A stretch of DNA of 64,000 nt from a virus. The notes under the pieces were generated by a model. That model did no database searches, was not told where the DNA came from, and saw only the letters and a program-made list of their open reading frames with translations. The stretch covers positions 1 to 64,000 of IMG/VR virus record IMGVR_UViG_3300042894_002308; one strand, given 5' to 3'. Below are positions 54,674 to 64,000 of this stretch, piece by piece. Both the position numbers and the translations under genes were made by a program. Every line of letters starts with the position of its first letter. Within the stretch, counting starts at the first letter, position 1.

Positions 54674-55279
54674 ATGCTGTTATCTCTCATCGATTATACC
54701 AAATTTATAGACATTATTTCTCTTATTATGGTAGGTGTAATCGGTGGTGTATATGGAATTATGAAATTTGTAAAGTCTAGAATAAAAACAGACAATTATA
54801 TTGCAATACATACCGAAATACATGAATTATTAACAGAACTTAGAATTACCACTAAGTCCATGAGAGCAAGTATTTTACAGTTTCATAACGGGGAATATAC
54901 AATGGATGGAATTTCCATGCGTAAATTTTCTGTAACTCACGAATCAACTCACAAAGGTTATACCTCACAGGTAGGGCTTCTCAAAGGAAGTTTATGTTCA
55001 ATGTTTATTCCCTTATTAGTCCATGTAGTAGAAAACAAAAGTTTAATTTATCCTCTTCGATCATTACCTGAAAGTTACACTAAAGGGTTCTTTGAAGATG
55101 AAAACGTTTCAGATTATGCGTGTCTTCCATTAAAAAACAAAGGAGCAAATGTTGGATTTGTTTTGCTTCAATGGAATGAAAAATTTGAACCACAGATGGA
55201 AGAACATGATATTTTAATGAAACATTTCAAGGCTATCAAAGAGTCAATCGAGATTCAACTTTCACATCAAAAGAACTGA
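54674..55279 (+). CDS. Single-TM protein with GAF-like domain (possible T4 gp t-like holin)
   Basis: N-terminal TM; QFHNG..G.S..KFS.T.E, Y..LPL....VGFVLL; late promoter TATAAATA 54639 and GGAG SD. Confidence 0.5.
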   Translation: MLLSLIDYTKFIDIISLIMVGVIGGVYGIMKFVKSRIKTDNYIAIHTEIHELLTELRITTKSMRASILQFHNGEYTMDGISMRKFSVTHESTHKGYTSQVGLLKGSLCSMFIPLLVHVVENKSLIYPLRSLPESYTKGFFEDENVSDYACLPLKNKGANVGFVLLQWNEKFEPQMEEHDILMKHFKAIKESIEIQLSHQKN

Positions 55280-55287
55280 GGTATATT

Positions 55288-55719
55288 ATGTCTGAACAAC
55301 TCATATCATTAATTGGTGGAACTGCTACTGGATTTCTTTTCAAATACTGGGCTCAACGGGCTCAAGATCAAAAAGAAATGTTTGAGCAAATGCTCAAGGC
55401 AAATACTCAAACTACTGAAAATCAAGATAAGGCTGTCCAGCGTGTACCAATTGACGTTGGTAAGAACGTTCGCCGCCTTATTGTACTTTCCTGTCTCTTT
55501 GCAGTTGTGGCTGCTCCATTCGTCTTACCGTTCTTTGGGATTCCTACATTTGTAGAAATTTCACAGAAACAACCTGATTCGATCTTTGGATTTATCCCAG
55601 AAACAACTCGTAAATACTTTATTGAAATTCCAGGATATTTCTTGGCTGAAGAAAACCGTCAAGTTCTACTTGCCGTTGTTGGGTTCTACTTTGGTTCAGC
55701 AGCAGGGAGCAACAAATGA
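55288..55719 (+). CDS. Multi-TM membrane protein (holin-like)
   Basis: Hydrophobic segments; RR before the TM and C-terminal AVVGFYFGS. Confidence 0.55.
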   Translation: MSEQLISLIGGTATGFLFKYWAQRAQDQKEMFEQMLKANTQTTENQDKAVQRVPIDVGKNVRRLIVLSCLFAVVAAPFVLPFFGIPTFVEISQKQPDSIFGFIPETTRKYFIEIPGYFLAEENRQVLLAVVGFYFGSAAGSNK

Positions 55720-55985
55720 AATATTTACTTCCAATCATTATTTTTCTCGCCTCATGCACAAGTCCTGAATTTGTCACATTAAAGACAAAGACTGGTGAAC
55801 ATATTCACACAGTCTCTGAAAATTCTTTTTTCAATACTCCAGACAAGGCATCAGAATGGGCATTCTGGTATTTTCCAGTTGTCGTATTCGTAGTCTGGTT
55901 GGTCTGGAAAGAATTTAAGTCAATTAAATTTTCTAAAAAGAAATCAACTGACTCCAGTACTACCGAACCCACCGATACGATCTGA
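55716..55985 (+). CDS. Lipoprotein with C-terminal TM (u-spanin-like architecture)
   Basis: MKYLLPIIIFLAS-C lipobox; WAFWYFPVVVFVVWLVW then Lys-rich tail. Confidence 0.55.
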   Translation: MKYLLPIIIFLASCTSPEFVTLKTKTGEHIHTVSENSFFNTPDKASEWAFWYFPVVVFVVWLVWKEFKSIKFSKKKSTDSSTTEPTDTI

Positions 55986-56459
55986 CTTCAGACTCGGTTC
56001 TGTATAAATTTCCATGAGTCTTGGCTGTTCGTACTTCACTAGTTCACCCTGTGCAATACGATCTCTATCATAGATTCTAACAGGATCTGTGCTAGTATTA
56101 ATCATGATAAGTTTGGTCTCATAGGTGTAATCTTCGTCTACTACACCTTCGCAATTTGCAAGCGTAAGACCGTATTTAAGAGCCATTCCAGATCTAGGGT
56201 GTATTCGGACAGAATATCCTTGGGGCACATTAAAAGTCAAGCCTGTGCGAACTAGAGCCCTTTCAGAAGGCATTAGGGTAATGTATTGACCCTTTTCTCC
56301 ATCATGGTCTGGAAGAAACAAATTTTCCTTTTTTCCGTCATAAATTTTTACTTTTTCATTTGCTGGAATATATGCGGCAAGGTCAAAACATGCAGCCATT
56401 CTGGTCTGAAAATTTGGATCTGGAATATTTGGAGAAACTTTGAAGTAGTCTAGGAACAT
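55944..56459 (-). CDS. dut: Trimeric dUTPase
   Basis: AACFDL, PRSGMA, GVVDEDY, DRIAQ, R.GGFGSTG; leaderless TTGACA-N16-TATAAT-N6-ATG. Confidence 0.95.
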   Translation of the reverse strand: MFLDYFKVSPNIPDPNFQTRMAACFDLAAYIPANEKVKIYDGKKENLFLPDHDGEKGQYITLMPSERALVRTGLTFNVPQGYSVRIHPRSGMALKYGLTLANCEGVVDEDYTYETKLIMINTSTDPVRIYDRDRIAQGELVKYEQPRLMEIYTEPSLKSDRIGGFGSTGVS

Positions 56460-56489
56460 GCAACTATTATATCATGTAATAATCAAATG

Positions 56490-56783
56490 TCAAACATCTA
56501 TTGAACCTTGAAATTCATCAAGTGTTTTGAGATAATCATATGCAGACTTAAATGGATTTGCTGTGTCTAATACACTATTGGCAAAATAAGTGTTCCAGGC
56601 TTCACCAGAAACACCATATGATTTTGCATACACATTTCGTTTACCATCTTGTTTGGTCTGTTCATTTAAATATAACAATACACTAATTTGTGTATTTGTA
56701 TTTTTATAAATTTCAACATTATTTACAACCCAATAGTTTGCTTCATATCCATTATCTAAAGTTATTGATTTTTCAAGTGCCAT
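56490..56783 (-). CDS. Tail-fibre-associated small protein
   Basis: MAL.K.I...G....YW ... AY.YLK.L.EF.G..DV pattern; in the tail-fibre operon. Confidence 0.65.
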   Translation of the reverse strand: MALEKSITLDNGYEANYWVVNNVEIYKNTNTQISVLLYLNEQTKQDGKRNVYAKSYGVSGEAWNTYFANSVLDTANPFKSAYDYLKTLDEFQGSIDV

Positions 56784-56797
56784 ATTATTTCCTTTAA

Positions 56798-57118
56798 TTA
56801 AGTTATTTCAAGTACAGAAACCAAGGTATGAAAATATCCTGTTAAACCTGATGTTGCTCTGAGCGTGTTACCAGATTCTAAAACCAATGGAGCATCCAAT
56901 ACCTGTAATGATGTGCCTGGATTAATGTAGACATTACTTATAACTGAATAAGCAGTCGATCCCTTTAACATTTCTACAGTTATTGTTGTTGATGCGTTTG
57001 CATTAACATTGCTAACATTAACAGCATTTACTAATGCGGTTCCAGTAACACCTGCATAAATTGAAGTTGCTGCTGTAGTACCTAAAATTGTTCCAAAACT
57101 TTTATATGTTTCTGGCAT
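56798..57118 (-). CDS. Small virion structural protein
   Basis: Beta-rich, ends VSVLEIT; LVLESGN.L pattern of T4-like virion proteins. Confidence 0.7.
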   Translation of the reverse strand: MPETYKSFGTILGTTAATSIYAGVTGTALVNAVNVSNVNANASTTITVEMLKGSTAYSVISNVYINPGTSLQVLDAPLVLESGNTLRATSGLTGYFHTLVSVLEIT

Positions 57119-57136
57119 GTGATTGTCCTATGTTAT

Positions 57137-57376
57137 TTATGGAATCGGTGGTGGGATGTATGGTGGAGTTGGAACAGGTGGTGCGGGTGGTGTTGGGATT
57201 GGAATTCCAAAATAATTATATGCTTCTTCTTCGGTATCAAACCAATACCATCCTTCAATAGGATAAGTATAGGTATCTTTTTGTGCTTTGTATAGACTAT
57301 ATGAACCACCCAAAACAAAATTAGGTCCATTTAAAACCATACCGGAATCATTTTTAAAAAATCCTGAAGTATCCAT
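57137..57376 (-). CDS. Small tail-associated protein
   Basis: GPNFV..YTYPIEGWYWFDTEEEAY, Pro-rich tail. Confidence 0.65.
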   Translation of the reverse strand: MDTSGFFKNDSGMVLNGPNFVLGGSYSLYKAQKDTYTYPIEGWYWFDTEEEAYNYFGIPIPTPPAPPVPTPPYIPPPIP

Positions 57377-57379
57377 AAT

Positions 57380-59119
57380 TTATCCTGTTACAGTCCATCC
57401 TTTATTGGTGGCAATAGAGGGAGTATCGGTTGCAGCTCCCCAGTTTCCTGTTATGGTAATAGTTTTAGCTCCGGCTCCACTGGCTCCTACAGTAGCCAGA
57501 CTTGTATATAAAGCATTCAAAGCCGTTGCACCCATTTGACAGTTTGTAAAATTTACATTTTGTCCAATTCCCGTAATACCACAACTTTGTAATGAACTTA
57601 AATTATTAAAAGCTGGCATAACCGCACCAGAACTTACACCCATTGTTGGAATAATTTTTAAAGCTTGACAAGATGTAAACATATTAGTTAGTGTTGGAGC
57701 ACCGGTTAAGGTTAATCCTGTAAATGTTCTAAGTGATCCAGCCAGTTCTGCAAAACTTGTAAAGTTAGTTCCTGCACTTGTATTAATAGCTGGCAAAGTC
57801 TGTAATGATAAAGTATAATAAAACATTTGTGTAAAATTTTGCCCTAATAAAGTATTGAAATTAGGAATTGATACTAATGCGCTAGCATAACTAAACATAT
57901 AACTAAAATTTGTTACCTTGGACGTATCAAACAAAGGAAGAGTTTTTAAAGATGAACAACCAGAAAACATTTCCGAACAGGTTGTAGCATTAGAAGTATT
58001 TGTTATTATAGGTGCTTCCACCAATGACGCACAACTAAGAAAAAGTTGACCTATATTTGTTAAAGATGAACTAGTTGTTAAAGTTCCAATCTTTTTAATA
58101 CCTCTACAATTTCCAAACATATAACTTATGTTTGTTGCTACTGGTAAATTAAATGGAGGAGCTTCAACAAGATTATAACAATTATAAAACATCAAATAGG
58201 TAGTAGTGGCTTTATTCAAATTGTAAGGAGGACAATATCTAACACTCTGGGCACCATAAGCAAAAACATCAAAACTTGTTCCATTAGAGGTATCCATCCA
58301 TGGAAGATATTGAAGAGAACTGCAATTATAGAACATATATCCAAAAGTAGTACACTTTGATGTATTCAAAATTTGAGGAATTTTTGTTAAAGAAAAACAA
58401 TGGTAGAACATTCCATATACATTCGTAACATTCTCTGTTGGTGTATTTACTACTTCTTGTAATGAATAGCACCACCAAAAAAATAAATTATAGCTGGATA
58501 CAGTACTTGTTCCAATCCAGTTAAATCGTTCTAAAATACCATGTTGAACATAACCAGCACCATTTCCACTGAAAGCTACAGATGTTACATTTGGTGCAGA
58601 TATCAATATATCTAAAAATCCAGATGAATATTGATTTGTTACTACACAGGAAGGATGTTGATGATCACGAAAATTAAATAAAGTAATAGTTGCACCACCA
58701 GTTGTTGGTGTTATCGTAATCATAGCCATTCGATAACCTCTACTGCTTGGCGTAGGATTAACTACACCGACAGTAGCATAATCATAATTTCTTGAAGCAA
58801 CATTTCCACTTGTATAGGAAGTAGTCGTTCCATCTCCCCAATCAACTGTATATGTGCCAGTATCTGTTGTAATTCTAAATGATACAAAGTTAGTACCAGT
58901 ATCAAAGACTGCATGAAGAATACAAATCTTTTGATCTCCTACATTTACTGTAGGCATTGCAAGCCAGTCAGAAGGTCTTACATATGGAGCAGTAATAAAA
59001 TAAGATTTTAATCCAGTATTTTTATTATTGTTTAATACACCATTGGAACCATTATTTAAATTATTACTTCCAATTACACCATTATTTGTACGGTTACTTC
59101 TACTCTTCATAAAAACCAA
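57380..59119 (-). CDS. BspA/DUF285-type leucine-rich-repeat protein with PKD-like domain (adhesin/tail)
   Basis: Repeated T.f..MF.nC.SL..lP units; VDWGDG; ends ATNKGWTVTG. Confidence 0.8.
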   Translation of the reverse strand: MVFMKSRSNRTNNGVIGSNNLNNGSNGVLNNNKNTGLKSYFITAPYVRPSDWLAMPTVNVGDQKICILHAVFDTGTNFVSFRITTDTGTYTVDWGDGTTTSYTSGNVASRNYDYATVGVVNPTPSSRGYRMAMITITPTTGGATITLFNFRDHQHPSCVVTNQYSSGFLDILISAPNVTSVAFSGNGAGYVQHGILERFNWIGTSTVSSYNLFFWWCYSLQEVVNTPTENVTNVYGMFYHCFSLTKIPQILNTSKCTTFGYMFYNCSSLQYLPWMDTSNGTSFDVFAYGAQSVRYCPPYNLNKATTTYLMFYNCYNLVEAPPFNLPVATNISYMFGNCRGIKKIGTLTTSSSLTNIGQLFLSCASLVEAPIITNTSNATTCSEMFSGCSSLKTLPLFDTSKVTNFSYMFSYASALVSIPNFNTLLGQNFTQMFYYTLSLQTLPAINTSAGTNFTSFAELAGSLRTFTGLTLTGAPTLTNMFTSCQALKIIPTMGVSSGAVMPAFNNLSSLQSCGITGIGQNVNFTNCQMGATALNALYTSLATVGASGAGAKTITITGNWGAATDTPSIATNKGWTVTG

Positions 59120-60876
59120 CTCCTAGCATTACTAGTAAGTATATAGCCATTTGCTTGAACATTATTGGTAAAGGTAATACCACCTGCAGCACTAATACCA
59201 GCAGTACTGAAGAGTGCACCATTTTGGTCAATACCTGCAACCATATTGGTTGTAGTAAAACTACCTGATAACTGTTGACCATCACTTGTTTGTTTATATG
59301 CTGCAAAGATTGGTACTGATTGTGTTGGAGCCGAATTTATTCTTAATGCGGGTCTACCAGCTTGGTAATTATAAGAATTATTAAAATCGGAATATCCAAA
59401 TATATGAAATCTTTCATTATTTGGAGAAAAATCAACAGTTCCATTACCAGATCCTATTACATTTCCACCAATTTGGAATAGTCCATTTTTTAACCACATA
59501 CCACCATTGGTAGCTGATGTAGATGGAATAAATTGTAAAAATGCTGATGTTGGACCAAAGAGGAACCCAGTGCTTCCTGTTAGATAACCATTTAAAGTAA
59601 TACCACCAGAAGCACTAAGTCCACCAGCAAAACTTGCAAGACCTGTATGGGATGAGGTGCTTGTCATTGCTACGGTATTAGAAAATGTAGAAGGAGAACT
59701 AACATCAAAAGACGAAGAGCTTACACGAACAGTTGCTCCAGCAACACCACCAAGTGTAATACCACCCAAAATAAAAACTTTACTAGAAGTATTTGCTGAT
59801 CCAATTGTTATTTGGGAATCTGCACCACCACTAAGATTTCCTGCTATATTAATTGTTTTTGTGCCAGAAAATGATGTTTCATTCCCTATATTAAGTGTAA
59901 AACCTGAAGATTGTGTATTTAAAATATTAAGAGTAGTAGCATTTGCATTAAACAGTGTTGCAGTTGTTGATGTAGTTGTGATATCACCACCGTTTACTGC
60001 AATATCACCAGAGAATGTTGCAGTGGTTCCCTGTAATGTTCCGGAAAGAGTTACACCACCAGCAGCACTAATGCCTTTTGATGCGCTCAATAGTCCAGTA
60101 AAGGAAGCAGTGACACCAGTAATAGGTCCTGCAAAATTATTTGTATAACCAGCTTGCTGTGAGTTGATACCATTGTTAAAAACATGTTGAGCACCACTAT
60201 ATACATATGTTGGAGTTACCGAAAATTGATCACCACCAGATGCATGAAATATAATTGAACTACCAACATCACTCGTTGGTGTTGCTAGATGTAGATTAGC
60301 ACCATAAAGATATCCACCATCATTAAAAATCCCCTTTGCTGTTATAGCAACGCCACCACTTTCATCAAGACCTAATCCATAAACACCTCTTTCAAACTCC
60401 AATCCCATTGCTTGTTGATTACCAAAAAGATCATTTCCATTTGTTGCACCTGATAGAGTGAATATATCTGTAATTTGACCAAGATATCCTACAGTAAGTC
60501 CAAAATAATTATTTGCAGTAACACCAGAGCCATAACGAAACTGAATGTTTCCTGTGGTTCCTGCATAGGTGGTTACGGAACCTGTTGCACCATTGACCGA
60601 AGTAACAATATTTGGTGCAGAGATGTTACCACTAAAGGTTGCACCAGAAGCACTAATGCCTGCAGAGAACGATTGTAGCGCACTAAATGATTGCGTTATA
60701 CCAAGACCAGCAATAGTAGTTGAAGTAGTGGGAAAGGTAACAACAGCAGAACCCGAACCAGCAATGGTTACATCTCCACCAGTAATACCCAGTTTTCTAA
60801 CTGTAGTACCACCTGAGATGTCAAATCCATCTGCATTGTTTGTAATATCGAGATTGACTGATGATTGCTTTGCCAT
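59107..60876 (-). CDS. Tail fibre-like protein
   Basis: G/T/S-rich; repeated GISAAGGIT; VTSVNGATG. Confidence 0.75.
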   Translation of the reverse strand: MAKQSSVNLDITNNADGFDISGGTTVRKLGITGGDVTIAGSGSAVVTFPTTSTTIAGLGITQSFSALQSFSAGISASGATFSGNISAPNIVTSVNGATGSVTTYAGTTGNIQFRYGSGVTANNYFGLTVGYLGQITDIFTLSGATNGNDLFGNQQAMGLEFERGVYGLGLDESGGVAITAKGIFNDGGYLYGANLHLATPTSDVGSSIIFHASGGDQFSVTPTYVYSGAQHVFNNGINSQQAGYTNNFAGPITGVTASFTGLLSASKGISAAGGVTLSGTLQGTTATFSGDIAVNGGDITTTSTTATLFNANATTLNILNTQSSGFTLNIGNETSFSGTKTINIAGNLSGGADSQITIGSANTSSKVFILGGITLGGVAGATVRVSSSSFDVSSPSTFSNTVAMTSTSSHTGLASFAGGLSASGGITLNGYLTGSTGFLFGPTSAFLQFIPSTSATNGGMWLKNGLFQIGGNVIGSGNGTVDFSPNNERFHIFGYSDFNNSYNYQAGRPALRINSAPTQSVPIFAAYKQTSDGQQLSGSFTTTNMVAGIDQNGALFSTAGISAAGGITFTNNVQANGYILTSNARSWFL

Positions 60877-60891
60877 ATGTGCTACCTATAT

Positions 60892-61605
60892 TTATAGACC
60901 AAATCTTCCTTTAAAAGTATTAAAGTTTGTGGTAATTTCGCCTGCCGACAAAGCGCGATTATAAACTGAAACTTGATTAATTCTTGCAGTAGCATATTCA
61001 CCAGCAATAGGATCTCCACCAACATAAAATGGCATAGCACTAGTCCTCAAATCTGGTTGATCAGCGTCTCGTAATCCTACTTGTGTGCCATTTACATAAA
61101 GTTTCATGTTAGATGTTCCGCTTTGTGTCCCGTCATAAATTGCGGTGATATTTTGCCAGACATTGAGAGTGAACAGATAAAATACTTCAGCAGGATACAT
61201 CTCAAATTTTTGAGTGGTTAATTTGTAAAACTGTAATGGTGTAGTTCCTCTGTAGCCCATGAGAACATAGCCATCTTGATTTGCAGTAGGATATGTCCAG
61301 ATGTCCCAAGTAAAAGCCGTAGCTGCTGATTGCACTGGTGTTTGATAAGTGAAACTGGTTCTCTGTGTTCCACCACTTCCGAAACTAAGATAACTACTGG
61401 CTCCAGCAGATACATATGTAGGACTATTAACTATTGTACCGTTATTACCATTACCACTTAAATCAGTCCAAGTAGTTCCCGATCCAGAATAACTTGCAAC
61501 ATTTCCTGCATCAAGATTGAGAACCAAACCTGATCTAATAACAGTAGGTGTATTAGTAATACTCCGCACACCAGTCATGGAAGATATTCCTGTAAATACA
61601 CTCAT
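60892..61605 (-). CDS. LamG/concanavalin-A-like lectin domain protein
   Basis: [28 protein letters not shown]; LYVNG; VYNRALS..EI..NFN....RFGL. Confidence 0.85.
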   Translation of the reverse strand: MSVFTGISSMTGVRSITNTPTVIRSGLVLNLDAGNVASYSGSGTTWTDLSGNGNNGTIVNSPTYVSAGASSYLSFGSGGTQRTSFTYQTPVQSAATAFTWDIWTYPTANQDGYVLMGYRGTTPLQFYKLTTQKFEMYPAEVFYLFTLNVWQNITAIYDGTQSGTSNMKLYVNGTQVGLRDADQPDLRTSAMPFYVGGDPIAGEYATARINQVSVYNRALSAGEITTNFNTFKGRFGL

Positions 61606-63836
61606 ACGATTGTGATATTTCCTACTGAACTAAGAACATTCCATTCATTATCGGCAACACAGCATATCAATTCAACAGCATCTCTTGCCAATGTACTTTG
61701 AATATATCCACTAACACCTACTGTGGTATCAATATTTCCGAAATGAATGACTTCAGATGCATTTTGTGCAATCTTCCAACCACTTGCAGTCATTCCACTT
61801 ACACGAAGTACAGAACCAACTGCTGCCGTGGTTGGAAGAGTAAGTGTAAGAAGAGTTGCCTTGTTTGTAAAATATCCTTTGTTTATTACTGCGGTTTGAT
61901 CGGCAGTAATGACTGACCATGGAACTGCATCGGCAAGCACATCACCCGTAAGTCCATTGAATGAAGTAACGACACCACTAGTAAGCGCAACTGTACCAGA
62001 CGCATCAGGAAGTGAAATTGTACGAGCTGCTGTTGGGTCTACTACAGTTAGTGTAGTTTCATTAGCATTATCGGATGCACCTTCAAATATTATATTAACG
62101 GGGATAAAATCTTCACTATTGGTTGTTTTTGTACCAAGATAGAGATCACCACCAGAAATTTGAACTTGCCCTTGTGCATTACCACCATTTGTTACAACCA
62201 ATGATGTCAATGATCCAAAATTGAGTCCACTTGTAGTGGGTGTTAATAAAAGATTACCGTATGGAGAAATTGCAAGATAATTTGTTGTTCCACTATTTGT
62301 TTGAATAGTATTATTTGTATTACCTAAAGTAAGCGTAGAATTTCTAATAGATGCAGTACCTGAAGTACCACCCATTGTCAAAGTAGTAGCAGCACCACCC
62401 AAATTCAATGTAGTTGCAGTTGTGTTTACGAGAGCAAATGAGGTACTTGCAGTTGTTATACTTGTTGTTATAGTTGGGCTTGTATTGAATACTAGTACAC
62501 CACCACCACCAGTTTCATTGGAAATAATCGAAGCAAGTTGTGCTGATGTAGTTGATGCAAATTGTGCTAAAGTATCAGTTGTACGAGCAATATTTATAAC
62601 AGTACCAGTTAAACCATTTACCGTTAAAACACCAGTATTACTGAATGTTAATGTGTTTCCAGACAAACTCAGATCAATTCCGTTGCCGTTGGTAATTCCA
62701 ACAGCACCAGTAAGACCACGAATAGATGCTACACCAGTAACCGCACCTGTGAGTCCATTAAATGAAATTACATAATTGGTTGGTATTTCACCAGTTGCAC
62801 CAGTGTTACCTTGAGGACCAGTACCACCAGTGTTACCAGTAGTTCCCTGAATACCTTGTGGACCAGTACCACCAGTGTTACCAGTTACTCCATTAGTACC
62901 GTTGTTACCAGTATTTCCTTGTGGACCAGTGGGACCAGTGGGACCAGTGTTACCAATGGTTCCAGTTGGACCTGCGGGACCCGTGGGACCAAGCTGAGTA
63001 TACATAACCTGATTTGCTGAAAGAATTACAGAAGGAATTGCCGGTCTAGTTGGGTTTGTTCCTGCTGGATCTGCGATAAATTCTAAACGAGTATCAGATG
63101 TTCTCCACATTAATTCAACATAATCATTAGCATCAACTTGCAACATGTAGTTCCAAGCAGCAACGGTTTTAGCTGCTGCTGCACCACCCGAAACAGTTAC
63201 AATGGTGTTACTATCTGCAATATCTGTTCCGTTTTTACGGAACCATATATCAATAGTGTCTGTACCAGATCCAGAAACTCTATCAGCCTGTGCAGAAAAC
63301 TCAATGTTATATACGCCAGGATAACTGAATGTAATTCTTGAATTGGAAACAATACTTACACCATTAGAATTTGGATCTGTATTATTGTAAGTAATTGCAT
63401 AAGCAAGTGTTGTACCTGCTGCTGCTTGGTCTTGAGTTGACCAGAAACTACCCCAGTATCCTAAAGCTCCACCTGCACCAGTAGCACCAGTGTTTCCATT
63501 ATTACCAGTATTACCTTGTGGACCTGTTGGACCAGTATTACCAGTGTTTCCTTGAGGACCAGTACCACCGGTGTTACCAGTAGCACCAGTATTACCACCA
63601 CCACCTCCACCACCAGTATAGGCAATTGTTAGTGTATTGCCTGTTGGTGTTACAGATATAGAAGTTCCTGCAGCAATATTAATTGATCCACAAAGACCAT
63701 TTAATTTTGAAACATATTGCGTCAGACCACCTGCAGGACTATAAACATCCCATGCAATACCGTTCCATTGCCATGAACGACCACCATATGAGTAAATTTC
63801 ATTAAGTGCTGGTGATGTAGGAAAATCTAATGCCAT
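61602..63836 (-). CDS. Collagen-like tail fibre protein
   Basis: [16 protein letters not shown]-terminus; G-x-T/G-P-Q triplet repeats; SFNGLTG repeats. Confidence 0.85.
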   Translation of the reverse strand: MALDFPTSPALNEIYSYGGRSWQWNGIAWDVYSPAGGLTQYVSKLNGLCGSINIAAGTSISVTPTGNTLTIAYTGGGGGGGNTGATGNTGGTGPQGNTGNTGPTGPQGNTGNNGNTGATGAGGALGYWGSFWSTQDQAAAGTTLAYAITYNNTDPNSNGVSIVSNSRITFSYPGVYNIEFSAQADRVSGSGTDTIDIWFRKNGTDIADSNTIVTVSGGAAAAKTVAAWNYMLQVDANDYVELMWRTSDTRLEFIADPAGTNPTRPAIPSVILSANQVMYTQLGPTGPAGPTGTIGNTGPTGPTGPQGNTGNNGTNGVTGNTGGTGPQGIQGTTGNTGGTGPQGNTGATGEIPTNYVISFNGLTGAVTGVASIRGLTGAVGITNGNGIDLSLSGNTLTFSNTGVLTVNGLTGTVINIARTTDTLAQFASTTSAQLASIISNETGGGGVLVFNTSPTITTSITTASTSFALVNTTATTLNLGGAATTLTMGGTSGTASIRNSTLTLGNTNNTIQTNSGTTNYLAISPYGNLLLTPTTSGLNFGSLTSLVVTNGGNAQGQVQISGGDLYLGTKTTNSEDFIPVNIIFEGASDNANETTLTVVDPTAARTISLPDASGTVALTSGVVTSFNGLTGDVLADAVPWSVITADQTAVINKGYFTNKATLLTLTLPTTAAVGSVLRVSGMTASGWKIAQNASEVIHFGNIDTTVGVSGYIQSTLARDAVELICCVADNEWNVLSSVGNITIV

Positions 63837-63864
63837 GTGTTAATATTTATGTTATATTGCATAC

Positions 63865-64000
63865 TTACCAGAACTTAAGAGTACGCCACATTTCCTGACC
63901 AGTATGACGCATGACGTACAGATATGTTAAACCATCAACAGTTTTTACAATTTCAAATTTATTGCTGAGGGTTGCTGTGCTATGAGCATACGGAATAGAT
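63865..64000 (-). CDS. 3' end of a structural protein (partial)
   Basis: Frame ...VKTVDGLTYLYVMRHTGQEMWRTLKFW*. Confidence 0.65.
   Translation of the reverse strand, partial: SIPYAHSTATLSNKFEIVKTVDGLTYLYVMRHTGQEMWRTLKFW

Overview
A 64-kb segment of a large T4-like (Tevenvirinae/Kyanoviridae-style) myophage genome. It carries a T4-type replication block (gp43 polymerase, UvsX, gp41 helicase, gp61 primase) with ThyX, class II NrdJ and dUTPase, six tRNAs, a GroES-like co-chaperonin, a putative lysis trio, tail-fibre/adhesin genes and a 3079-aa multi-domain depolymerase-like protein. A GC-rich early island encodes a MoxR/CobS-like AAA+ ATPase and a vWA/HExxH partner, each behind a repeated regulatory cassette; a repeat-rich ~0.9-kb non-coding region (candidate origin) follows. 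A PEP-CTERM-like VPSPG gene hints at a planctomycete (Phycisphaerae-like) host. The most unusual signals are: (1) a library of late proteins built as capsid-targeting leader + L/I-x-E cleavage site + variable cargo (methyltransferase, nucleotidyltransferase, HExxH proteases, HNH); (2) a pervasive G-x-[T/S/C] motif in virion-surface proteins, with T/S/C interchange at aligned positions, that looks like a modification (glycosylation) sequon; (3) a leaderless promoter class with a 16-bp spacer, often back-to-back with T4-type late promoters; (4) the CTACTATCA...TGATAGTAG cassettes and iteron region; (5) unannotated structured RNAs. All protein calls come from motif recognition by eye; no database search was run.
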